Of a DNA stretch of 64,000 nucleotides, positions 51,301-61,773 are shown one piece after another. Below the pieces are notes generated by a model, which ran no database searches, was not told the DNA's origin, and worked only from the letters and a program-made list of their open reading frames with translations. Each line of letters opens with the position of its first letter. Within the stretch, counting starts at the first letter, position 1. A program made the translations under genes and the position numbers. This DNA comes from Eledone cirrhosa. Its lineage: Eukaryota. The stretch lies in the NCBI GenBank assembly GCA_964016885.1, contig OZ024740.1, positions 335,730,001-335,794,000 of the forward strand. Direction: 5' to 3'.

Positions 51301-51766
51301 GGTGATCCACTGGCACCTGTGCAAAGTAAACAATCTACCACATTCTGAGAAATGGTATGAGCATAGGCCAGAGGCGGTGATGGAGAACAGTCAGGTGAAG
51401 GTGCTGTGGGATTTTAGGATACAGACGGACAAAAAACTGGAACACAATAGACCTGACCTGGTGGTTGTGGACAAAGAAAAAAGATCGTGCCTGATTGTGG
51501 ATGTGGCCTGCCCGTTCGACACGAGAGTGCAAGAGAAGGAGAGGGAGAAAATTAACCGATACCAGGACCTAAAGTGGGAGGTGAAAAGGATTTGGAACTG
51601 CCATGAAGTCAAAGTGATCCCGATTGTCATAGGCGCACTGGGGACTATCTCCAAAGGTTTCCAGGGATGGTTAAAGAAAATCGGCCCCTTCACGCTTTTT
51701 GGAACGCTTCAAAAGGCATGCTTGCTTGGAACGGCAAGAACCCTCCGATACGTCCTGAATATCTGA
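48374..51766 (+). CDS. R4/Dong single ORF: Myb-like N-terminus, RT, CCHC and PD-(D/E)xK restriction-like endonuclease (1130 aa)
   Basis: NWTKELN..VMQCY; [35 protein letters not shown]; CRICGEREETVAHIVSEC; RHD; RPDLVVVD..IVDVACP..EKINRYQDL. Confidence 0.96.
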   Translation: METRTSCDRLSPNRCPLAQQQEPDCQPNTADVGGRRRRKGARTNWTKELNRTVMQCYLKSNPKERGYRRRMHNIWNEIGLFKLDEQKLAGQARVIRTNGWISELELEELSRENGLEMAGVVCQTSEPAGNEGEEVLRTEEPPEADNDLNTEINNTWNRDTATEEMNADGLGQDSVDILNLVVDELNNDSGRPMNLRFVDRKKLKETTAKVNKVIPYLEARSLHQCNNILKATANTVRKLLGIKARGNNRQERAEPWWKKRLSGQIGEMRNDIGKLESLLNGTLKNIGTKNRLEIKYKTRSKKLNIIIEELKQRIVAKSAKIRRYENRVSQYKQNRMFDNNQKMLFGQLEGKERGNDLIPGAEQAKTFWRGIWEQDVRHNAQAGWIETVQREIGEQAQQQTDLSITVETLKGQAKKLTNWKSPGPDGVQGYWIKHLTSLHPKLTAMFNDCLVSGEVPEWLTKGTTVLIMKDRIKGNDVTNYRPITCLPVMWKLLTSIVSEEICHHLHTNNLLPNEQKGCRKKSRGTKDQLLIDKMVMGNCRRRHTDLAMGWIDYRKAFDMVPHSWITKSLEIFRVADNIRQLLGRSMGSWETELTSTGVSLGSVKIKRGIFQGDSLSPLLFVLALMPLTIMLRKVRAGYKLGRGELTINHLLFMDDLKLFGKSEKELDVLVDTVRIFSSDICMQFGIGKCGVIVMRRSRLSRSNGIQIPTGEMIKEIDSEEGYKYLGVLEADGIKNKKMKELLRTEYIRRVRSVLKSHLNSRNAISAVNSRAVSIIRYSAGILRWNVAEQKEMDRKTRKLLTIYNMFHKRSDVDRLYLRRSEGGRGLISIEDCVQMEKNNLYKYVTYSKEPMLRAVLKEGTVGQGIPKEEITSRRKSSLKGKSLHSTFFEKTEFRDPQRWNWLRRGDLKKATEGMLMAGQEQALKTKWLKHHIYKEEASPLCRICGEREETVAHIVSECKHLAQTHYKGWRHDVMGRVIHWHLCKVNNLPHSEKWYEHRPEAVMENSQVKVLWDFRIQTDKKLEHNRPDLVVVDKEKRSCLIVDVACPFDTRVQEKEREKINRYQDLKWEVKRIWNCHEVKVIPIVIGALGTISKGFQGWLKKIGPFTLFGTLQKACLLGTARTLRYVLNI

Positions 51767-51882
51767 GGCTGCAGGTAGTGGCTTGATATTCAATCCAACG
51801 GACTTTCCAGTTAACCAACATCAATGACTGAGATTCAAGGAATAACAATAACAGTAATAATAATAATAATAATAATAATAAT

Positions 51883-52068
51883 GTTTTCTTTATTAACCAC
51901 AAGGGTTTACATAAAGTAGACATTAAGGACAGTACAGGACAATACAGGGCGGTACAAAAGGGCATTTCTGCGTGTAAAAAAAACAGAGGTTGAAATAAAA
52001 TAACAAAGAAAAATTCCCCAATAGGGGGAAGACTTCCGAGGGACATTTGTGGAGAAAGCCCATTAAAA
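51883..52068 (-). mobile_element. Tx1 family B 3'-UTR-only fragment
   Basis: Matches 40936-41140. Confidence 0.88.
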
Positions 52069-52110
52069 GACTTTCCAGTTAACTAACATCAATGACTGAG
52101 ACTCAAAGAG
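52069..52110 (+). mobile_element. Dong A extreme 3' fragment followed by (TAA)n 52111-52144
   Basis: ACTTTCCAGTTAACTAACATCAATGACTGAGACTCAA matches 4347-4383. Confidence 0.85.
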
Positions 52111-52144
52111 TAATAACAATAATAATAATAATAATAATAATAAT

Positions 52145-55100
52145 GATTTCTTTATTGGCCACAAGGGCTGACATCAAGAAAAACATCACAGACGGAACAG
52201 GTCGGTACGATGTGGGTTTTGTGCGTGTAAATATTTTTATTATTTATATAAGAAAAGAAAAAAGACATAAAACATATATATATAAACAATAAAATGAAAA
52301 TTGAAACAATGAAAAATTCCCCAATAGGGGGGAATCCTCCGAGGGTTACTCGTTGCGAAAACCACACAAAAGACCACGGCCACCCTGACTACCAGGGCAA
52401 GCACCCTCTCTTAATTTTTCCATCTCTCAAACTACAGACGTATATTCAGAGTGGTCCCGTTCACTCAGACCATTCTCGCTACATTCACCCACCTTTCAAC
52501 AAACTTGCTAGAAAGTAGCACTTGCCTCTCCACCCTGATTTTCCTCTTCAAGTGAAACTTGAAAAAGTTAATTAGGGATTCGCTGAAGAGGAAAGTGTTT
52601 GTCTTTAATCCTTTTAACCTTGTCCACCACACAATCTCTTTCGTCATGGCCACCAGGCAGATGAAAACCGCCTGCCCTTCCTACTCAAAGGAAGACGGCG
52701 AGACCATCTGCACAATGGACTCAGTCGACAACCGGATCAGTCCCACACGTGACAGCAACTGTTCGACATAGGTCCACAAGTCAGCAATGCTCGGGCACTG
52801 AACGAGTGCGTGCACAACGGTTTTGTCGCTATGCGCGCTTTTCAGACAGGCTCGGCTGACGGCACTTCCGTGCCTGTAGAGCTTATCTCGAACCGGCAGC
52901 GCTCCCCGGTAGCACTGACAGGCCAGGGATTTTTGGAAGTTATCTATAGGCTCAGGGCTGAAAGTTCTCCGGAAGAGAGCAAACAGCTGATCTTCTTCGA
53001 CGCCCAGGATCTCTCCGAGAATGTCGTCGCTCTTCCCCTCCACTAGTCCTCTATAGAACGCCGAGGTGGATGTTCCACCGATACTGGTGCCCAACTGGGA
53101 GAGGGCAGTGAGCGCCTGGAGACATTCCAGTTTCCAAGCGCTATCCCTCGGTCTTTTTCTGACCCAGGACTGCAGCTCCGTCAAGGAGACGAGCTGTGGG
53201 AAAATGTGCCTGGCGAACAGCGACCACACCCGTTCACCATCAAGGAAGCACCAGAGCTGTCGCAGCCTCAGCGCATGTTTGCACATCATCAGCCATGGCA
53301 TGCCCAGTCCTCCACGCAACGGGTGTTGACAGCAGATGGATCGTCTGACCATGGGAGCGCGTCCCTTCCACAAAAAGCGGAAGAGGAGGCGCTCTATTTT
53401 GGTGAGAGTTGGGCTGGAGCAAGGGACGACGGTGAGACGGTAGCAGATGACAGATGCGATGTACGCATTCGCCACTTCCGCCCGGCCTTTCAGGGACAGC
53501 TTCCTCTCAGCCCATTTCTGGGTGAGGGAGGCCACCCTGCTCGTCACCTTGTTCCAGTTTTTCTCCATCTGGAGGTCCGGTCCGAACCAGACCCCGAGCA
53601 ATTTAATCGGTCCGTCCGTCCAACGCCCCACGACGCTGTCGGACGGCATGGACTTGCCTCTCCAGGTGCCTACCTGCAAGCCCACCGACTTTTCCTGGTT
53701 TATCTTTGCTCCTGTCACCGCTTCGTATTCCTTGAAAGCGGTGCCGAGCATCTGGACGTGTCTGGTTCCCGACACCACCACGGTGACGTCGTCAGCGTAA
53801 GCCGACTCGGATTTCCCGCATCCTAGTTCGCGTGGGACGCCCCTCATCGCCCCCAGTTTGTGCAGTAACGGCTCGAGAGCCAATATGTACACGAGGGACG
53901 AGAGGGGACAACCCTGGCGGACTGAGCGCATGATGCTGAAAGGCTGCGACAGGTGACCGTTCACCCTCACAACTGAGCAGATGTAGCTGTACGTTCCTGC
54001 GATCCAACGCCTGAAAACGGGCCCGAAACCGGCTGCCTCGAGGACCGCCGCCAGGTAACGATGGTCGTCCCTATCGAATGATTTGGATTGATCCAAGTTG
54101 ATCAGGGCCCTACCCTTGCCAGGTTCCTTAACCACCCTCTCTATGATGTATCGCATGAGGTGGAGGTTGTCGTGTATGGATCTGTCCGGAATGGCGCATG
54201 TCTGTGCCTCTCCCACCAGACCCTTGACGACAAGCGCCAACCTCGTTGCTAACACCTTGGCCAAAAACTTGAACTCTGCGTTTAGCAGGGTTATGAGCCT
54301 GAAATTATCAATAACATCCCCCTTGTTCGGGTCTTTTCTCAGCAGCGCCACTTCTCCCCGGCTCACAAAACTGGGAATGCTCCCGTTCTGCTGCCAGTTG
54401 CAGTAGACGTCTGCCAAGAGGTCACCGAACAAGTCTGGCATAAATGCATAAAGACCATCTAAACCTGGCGATGTTCCTCTTGTGCAGTTAGCCATCGCTT
54501 CCCGTATTTCACCGGCTGTTATTGGCTTTTCGCAACACGGTGCTGCTGTCGTCGAGAGCCGAGGCAGTCCGTCGAGGTATGCACTGAAATCCATGCCCCG
54601 ATCCGTGTCGCCGCCGCTCCCGAACAGTTCAGCAAAGTGCTGCTGAAAAGCTTCACACATCCGCTCGGGTTCGAACATCACGCACCCGTTTTGGTCAGAC
54701 AAAGACCGAATTGTGGCTTTATTGCCGTCGCGCCTCTGCCTTTTGTCCCCTCGTGTTTCAGAGCACGCGCTCTAGCTCTGACAACGCAGCCTTCGTGTTT
54801 TGCGTTGAAGAATTGGTCGAGTGCCAATCTCGCCGCAAGCACGTCGGTTGCGATGCCTGTCCTAAACGCCTCTTCTAGCTTTCTGACTAGCTCTCCCTCT
54901 ACTCTATTTTCCTCTATCACTACTCCTTTGCTAAACCTAATCGACTCTACTTTAATTGCCCTTTTCAGGACGAACCACCACCTGTTGTTGACGACCGCTC
55001 CCGTAAACGCCCGCTTAACTAATACGCTAATCCGGTCTCTGTAGGCCTTGCGCGCCGGGAAAGACGCGTTCAGCTTCCAGTAACCAGGCCCTTGTCTATG

Positions 55101-58090
55101 AAGTCTGTCTATGTCGATCTTACAGATCACAAATTTGTGGTCCGTGTAGTCGACTATTTTAAATTGTGGACAACTTATACTAGCCTTATCTAGTTCCCTG
55201 CAGAATACCCTATCTAGATACGATCTGGATGACCCGATGCGGTTTGTCCATGTCCACATTGGCACATTCGGGTGATCCAGTCGATACCTGTCAGACAGTT
55301 CAAAACGTCTGAGCAGGTTGATGAGGCTCTTGCACCCTCCTCCCCTATCCACTAGCCCCACACGATCCCAGCGTGCATCCAAGATACCGTTCCCGTCGCC
55401 CACTAACACTAAAGAGCGGGACGTTCCAAGAAAGGTCTCTAGACGTCTGAAGAAATCTGTCCGTCCTGCCCCTGTTGGGGCGTAGACGGCTACTAGCCTG
55501 AAAGCATTGCCTTCGCTGCCGGTCACGTCCAGCACCACCGACTTACCTTCTGAGTCCAGGAAGATAGTCCGTATCGCGAGATCCAAGCCTCTCCGAAAAA
55601 GGACGGCAACCCCTCCCCCCTATCCTGGACGGCTGGGAGATGCGTATTCATCGTAGCCGCCGAAGATCGGTGCGAAGGCCCGTGCCTCGGAGATTCTGGT
55701 TTCACTGATTGCCACCACATCTATGTTTAGTGACCTGAGGTCATTGAGCAGGTGACCCTGCTTCCAAGATGACCCCAGGCCACGTGCATTTATACTGCCT
55801 ACTCTGAGTACAGCCATGTTGGATGAGAAACGGGGCAAATGAGAAAGGGTCACTTACCTTGTTCGTGTGGTGAAGGGACAGTAGAACCGTCCCTTTCGCT
55901 GGTCATGGGTGTTTCCAAGAGGATGTCAGTGTATATCCTCTTGGTAACCGTCCCTCTGAAGTCTCCAACTGCGTTGGGGAATTTTTGTTTTAAAGGTTTG
56001 TATTGTTCTATTGAGATTTCGATGATGCTTAAGTTTGTCGGGAGAGTTCTTGGTGTTGGTGGGGTGTAGTAGTTTTTTTCCGTGATGTCTGTGTGCTGCT
56101 TTATATATTTTATGAGTTCTTTTTTTGCTATGTTTATGGCTGTGTACTATTTGTGGGGAGGGGTGATTTTGTTGCCGTTTTCTTCTTGTTGCTGTTTGGT
56201 GTGTGTGTCTTGTTGTGTTTGCGTTGTTGGTGTTTGTGGTGGTGTTGCTGCAAGTTTCCTTGCTGCCTTTACCCCTCTTTGTATGCCTTCGCTTTTGGAG
56301 GGTGAATCTAAGGGTTTTTTTGTTTTTTGTTTTTTGTGGCAGACTGTTTGCCACGTCACTCCCGCCTCAAACTCCATGTCGGAATCTGTGGCGTCTGGGA
56401 GGGGTATGTGCTCCACGGCTGTTGGTGGTGGTAGTGGAGCCCTCTTCGGCGATTTTGTTGCTGGTGGAGCTATTTCAAATGGAGCTATTGGTGTTGCCGC
56501 TACTGATGATGCTGCTTTAGTTATCCGTGACCTTGGTACGGGTGCTACGGACGTTGCCCTCCTACTCACCGTGGAAGGGGCTTCTTCGTGTGTTGCCTGT
56601 CCTGCTCTTGGTAGCAGCGGACCAGGTATTGGAAGGAGAGGGGCCTTCTTCGGTGTCTTCTGTGGGCAAAAGGCCCTGAGGTGACCTTTCGACCCACAGA
56701 GATAACATTTTGGCCGTCTTCCTTCTACATTTATAGGGAGTTGGAGTCCTTCCTCAATGTCTATGATATCGGGGATAGCCTCGATACATTCCTGGTCAGT
56801 TTGTATAAGCATTTGCATGCCTATACCTGACCAGTTTTCTCTCCCTATTTTTTCTACTTGCAGCATGGTCGCCCTGTTCTCAATTCCAGCAAGGACAGAC
56901 GTGGCCAGCCAAGGTATGGGCACGTCGGGTGGGACCTGGGTCACTTTGATCCTCACAATTTTCTGCCCGCAGTAGGAGGGCACCAAGACTAACTCCTCAC
57001 TCTTTAGGGTTTCCAAAGAGTGAGACTTTGCTTCCTGGGGGGTGGAGAAAAGTACGTCTACTGTGGCGTACTTTCTGTCTCGGGTGATGTGGGTTTTGCG
57101 TGCCCAGACGCACCCCAAGGCCTTTTGGATTTGAGCCTCCGTGGCTCTCTCCACTCGATGTGAGATTTTGCTTACGGTGCGGTAAGTCACCGTCCGTAGC
57201 TGCTGGTCCTTGAAAAAATCGGGTGGAGGTTTCAGGGAAACTCTATTTGCACTTCTTGTCACCATGGCCCTTGCGACTGCCATCTCCTCCTCTGTGACTA
57301 ACACTGTCTCGATATTTCGGGCGACACCTGCAAAAGAAGTGGTCCCTTTTTCAGCAGCACACTATTGCTGCCGCTACTGGTCTTACTGGTGGTGCTGAGG
57401 TCGCTATTACAGGTATCGGTGTCATTGTTGTTCTTTTCGCTGGTACAGTTGTTGGTGTTGTTTTCGTTGATACTGTTGCTGCTGTTACTGTTATTGTGGC
57501 TGTTGTTATTATTGTTGTTTTTGCTGATACTGTTCCTACTATTATTGTTGTTGTGGCTGTTGCTATTGTCATTGTTATTGTTGTTCTCGACCTTACCGTT
57601 GTTATTTTTCTGATTGTCGTTTTCGACCTTACCGCTGTTAATTTTGTTATTGTCGTTCTCGACTTTACCGCTGTTATTTTTGGTGATGTTGTTGATGTTA
57701 TTGTTGGTGTTGTTTGTGTTAGAAATATTTGGTAATTTTAAATCTGTAACAATCTTTTTTTCGTTTGTAATATTTTCGTTTATATTTACCTCCGCTGGAA
57801 CGCTATCTTGTTGACATGCTGATAAAGTCTCCTTCTCTCTGTGTTGTCTGACAGCGCTCTCTCTCTTTGTGTTATCCATCTTGAAATTTTTCAAAAAAAA
57901 ATATTTTTACACAAATACGAAAACGACACCCCGTAAAAGGGTGCCGTATTATTTACTAGTGAACCCCTGTATTAGGTGGGTCACTTCTAAACTTTTATCA
58001 AATTTAAAACTTGAATAAAAGGTTTCGAACGGTTGAAAAAGAGGTAAAACGTTGAAAAAGACTGGAGGCGATAAGAAGCGTGGCTTCACC
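52145..58090 (-). mobile_element. Tx1-clade LINE, family D; full extent with a few frameshifts
   Basis: ORF1 ~57879-55850 (Asn-rich, GRRPKCYLCGSKGHLRAFC); ORF2 55817-52432 in pieces 55620-55853, 54678-55586, 52681-54702 and 52465-52653 (YADD); (AAT)n on both flanks. Confidence 0.93.
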
Positions 58091-58093
58091 AAC

Positions 58094-58131
<38 letters not shown>

Positions 58132-58132
<1 letters not shown>

Positions 58133-58271
58133 TCTACTATGGGCACAAGGCCTGCAATTTCGGGCGAGGGGAAAGTCGATTAAATCGACACCAGTGCATT
58201 AAGGTGTTTTATTTTATAAACCCCGTAAGGATGAAAGATAAAGTTGACCTCGGCATGATTTGAACTCAGAG
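58132..58271 (-). mobile_element. Diverged, 5'-truncated SINE closing the array
   Basis: GGCACAAGGCC...CCCCGTAAGGATGAAAG...GACCTCGGCATGATTTGAACTCAGA on + strand. Confidence 0.78.
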
Positions 58272-59389
58272 GTCCACTTTGCTTTAGGAAACAGTAAAAA
58301 AATGTATCAATAATAAAGGCTACTATCTCTATTCTCTAATGTCAAATTTGAATTGTCAGCTTGCAGGAAAGGTTTGTATTGCATCTCTGATTATGTTTTA
58401 AGTACTCCAATATACGAACGTTTGTCAGATAGACATACACAAGTGTCTAGCGCACGCATACACATACTCACGTGTGTCTAGCGCACGCACACCCATACAC
58501 ATACACACACACATACATACACACACACACACACCTCTCTATCATTTATATTACAGTCATACTTTATCTACCATTGGTGTCTATCATATGGCTTCGCAGA
58601 TATGTCCATTAGTGATATTGATAGTTTGTTACATTTCTGTTACAGATGCTGCTGTTGTTGCTGCTGCTACTGTTGTTATTTTTGTTGTTGAATGTTGTTG
58701 TAGTTGTCGGTGTTGGTGTTGGTATTGGAGTTGGTGTTAGTAGTGTTGGGAGTGATCATGATAATGGCAGTGCCTTTCAAGATGGTGTCGGTGTTAATAT
58801 AAGTGGTGATATTGGTTCTATTGTTTTTTAACTCCAAGTCCGCTCTGATGTAGCAGACATATGAGCGAAGACGTTTTAGTCATGACCAGCTCGATATAAT
58901 TTATGTGTATGACTATTTTATTTAACGTATCCAATCTATTAAAGTTTGGTAAGTTGGCATTTAAGGACATTTGTCTACTATTTCTAACAGGTTGATAGAC
59001 CGCACAGAACCTCCTTCATGCCCTTCATGATATTGTTCGTGGATTGTTTTTATCTAAATTCGTGTTACACTGTTGCTTATAATATTCTTGATGTTTGTGT
59101 TTAGTCCAGTTCAATCCTACATGAGCCCTCTTGAACAACAGTGATCCAGTGGTCTCCGACTTTTTGTATATCTAGGATTACCGTGCAATTTGTCATTCTT
59201 TTCTTATAATAGAGGAGTGTGTCTTAAATGAGGGTTAGCAAATATTTCTTGCCGCATAGATGCTGCATTGATAGTGTTATTTGAGTTGTCAGTATTTTAC
59301 CCTCTTTGGATTAAATGGCAATTAAGCTTCTATTTAAACATGACTATCCCAATCGGTATTAACCGATTTCTCTAGTCACACACGTTAAA

Positions 59390-59391
59390 CA

Positions 59392-59423
<32 letters not shown>

Positions 59424-59592
59424 AACAAACAAACAAACAAACAAACAAACAAACAAACGCACACACATACAAACACACACCAACACAAACAAACACATAC
59501 ACACAAACAAACATACACACACACACGCACACGCACGCGCGCACGCACACACACGCACACACACATATATATATATATATACAGACACACAC
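59390..59592. repeat. Compound (CT)/(CA)/(CAAA)/(TA) microsatellite
   Basis: Directly visible. Confidence 0.95.
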
Positions 59593-60230
59593 TACGAAAC
59601 ATCAGTGACCATTTTCTACCTTTCTACCCACAAAATACTTTTCTACACATATTCTCATATACCTTACCCAAACCCACACAATTCAATATTTCTGCACATG
59701 CGCACACCCACCTTACAGAAATCCCATAACTTTCTTTGATTCATTGCACACATTGCCCATTAACAACTTTAGTTTTCGCGCATCAGTGTTTACTCTTATA
59801 CTCTTACAAACAACTTCTATACCAGTCATAGGCAAACTACGTTCCGCGAGTCTCCGTTTCGCTTTCTGAATGGCACGTCTAATTTCAAAATTGTTTTGAA
59901 TTTGTAGTAGTGCCTTAAGATGAGCCACATCTTATGCCGCCCACTACTCGAAAACGTTTACCCATACCTGTTCTATACTTTACTATTTCCTGTCCACAAT
60001 TCATCAGATTAGTTATTTGAATCAACACCGCTTTCTTTTTCGCTCCTTCCATTTTTTCTTTTTTTTTCTGTGGACTTCCCTGCTTTGATAAAAGAATCAC
60101 TGTCCGAAATTTTGACTTTCCTTTTTCCCATATTGAATACTTTGAAATTATTATTTTTTTTATTGTGTCTATTGTCGGTTATTTTACGTTGTTTTTAGGC
60201 CTGACCAACTTGGATATCAATTACCTATTT

Positions 60231-60278
60231 GACGCAGAAGACTAACCCAGATCTGACGCAGAAGACTAACCCAGATCT
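60231..60278. repeat. Exact 24-bp tandem duplication
   Basis: GACGCAGAAGACTAACCCAGATCT x2. Confidence 0.95.
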
Positions 60279-60624
60279 CCTCTGGAATTTTTCAGTTCAT
60301 TATGTAATGTGTCTGTTCCTTATTTTATATTGTGTGATGTGATTAGATGGTGATTTGGCTGCTATTTTAAGCATAACGAGCAGTCATGTAGAGATGCACT
60401 CATTTGACTATAGTGATTGACAGTCCCGACCTAAGATGTTGAAAGTATCTATGCCACTTTAAGCTGAATCATCAAGCTGTCATACTTTATATCGTCAAAT
60501 TTGCCATGCCCTACTATCTAGACGAGCTCTGTACTCTAAATACAGCTATATAAGACAGCTATGCTTTCGTCACAGCCACATGACTGATACACTAATCAAA
60601 TTATGACCATACAGTATTTTAGAT

Positions 60625-60627
<3 letters not shown>

Positions 60628-60703
<76 letters not shown>

Positions 60704-60829
60704 TAGCGCACGTGCGTGTGTGTTTATATGGTGTCTGTATGCTTATATCGTGTATATATGGTGTATGTATGTGTGTGGGTGTGTGAAGAGAAAACAATAA
60801 TATTAATGGTGTAAGCCATTTCTAGTGAA

Positions 60830-60871
<42 letters not shown>

Positions 60872-60964
60872 TACATAGACATATATATACATATATATAT
60901 ATACAGATACGTAGATAGATATGTATATATATATAAATATAAATATATATATATATATTTATAT

Positions 60965-61037
<73 letters not shown>

Positions 61038-61292
61038 CACAACGGAAATAATGGTTGACTGATTAAAGTTACACCTTAGACAATCGTAACTATTTCCTCA
61101 ATATACTATACATTCCATCTGAATACTATACAAATTGCATTGGCTCTACACTCAAATCTGAATCAAATCCTCTATATATAACATTTGTACTGCACCACAT
61201 CTTCATGCAGGCGAACACATTCCAGCTATACCAATTTTAGTAAAACTAATATTAGAAAATATATATATAAGCCATTGTTATGTTCTCTCTCG

Positions 61293-61385
<93 letters not shown>
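60628..61385. repeat. (TG)n, (TA)n, (GA)n, (CT)n microsatellite cluster
   Basis: Directly visible. Confidence 0.9.
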
Positions 61386-61388
<3 letters not shown>

Positions 61389-61582
61389 TCAGGTTTGAGG
61401 TTCACCACTGGATAGAGCTCGTCTATTCCGTATGGTCAATCTTAATGCAATAATATGGAGAGTACTCAAAGTAAAGCAGTTCAACCGTCTTTGTTTTTGT
61501 AGTTGGTGGTGCTAGTATGGAGTTAAATATTATAATGAAATGACAGGAGGTTGGACTTGTGTAAATCCTTGAAAGGTTTATT

Positions 61583-61640
61583 ATACTATGATCATTTCAA
61601 TGACCGGGTTCCGTATGAACCCGGTGATGTCATCAGGTAT
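61583..61640 (-). ncRNA. Type I hammerhead-like motif with a palindromic minimal stem III
   Basis: Minus strand: AUAC-CUGAUGA-cauc ACCGGGUUC auacg GAACCCGGU cauu-GAA-AUGAUCAU-A-GUAU. Confidence 0.55.
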
Positions 61641-61773
61641 TCGAAATATAATAAGTGAATGTAATGGATAAAATCCATGGGGCTGAAAATCAAAGACCCG
61701 AGGACGACCGCCATCCAGCATCTTCCACCTTTGCCCGCCGCCCTCGAGTGACGTGGCTAAAGCTTACAGTGTG

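Larger units (their letters stand above)
47002..51840 (+). mobile_element. Full-length R4/Dong element, family A copy 2, with a ~1.4-kb 5' leader
   Basis: Begins right after the (AAT)n at 46960-47000; intact ORF; 3' UTR 51767-51840; ends in (AAT)n 51841-51882. The 5' boundary is inferred. Confidence 0.9.

Noticed and set aside
59713-60100. Two short minus-strand ORFs, possibly a decayed retroelement
   Set aside because: No diagnostic motif recognisable by eye
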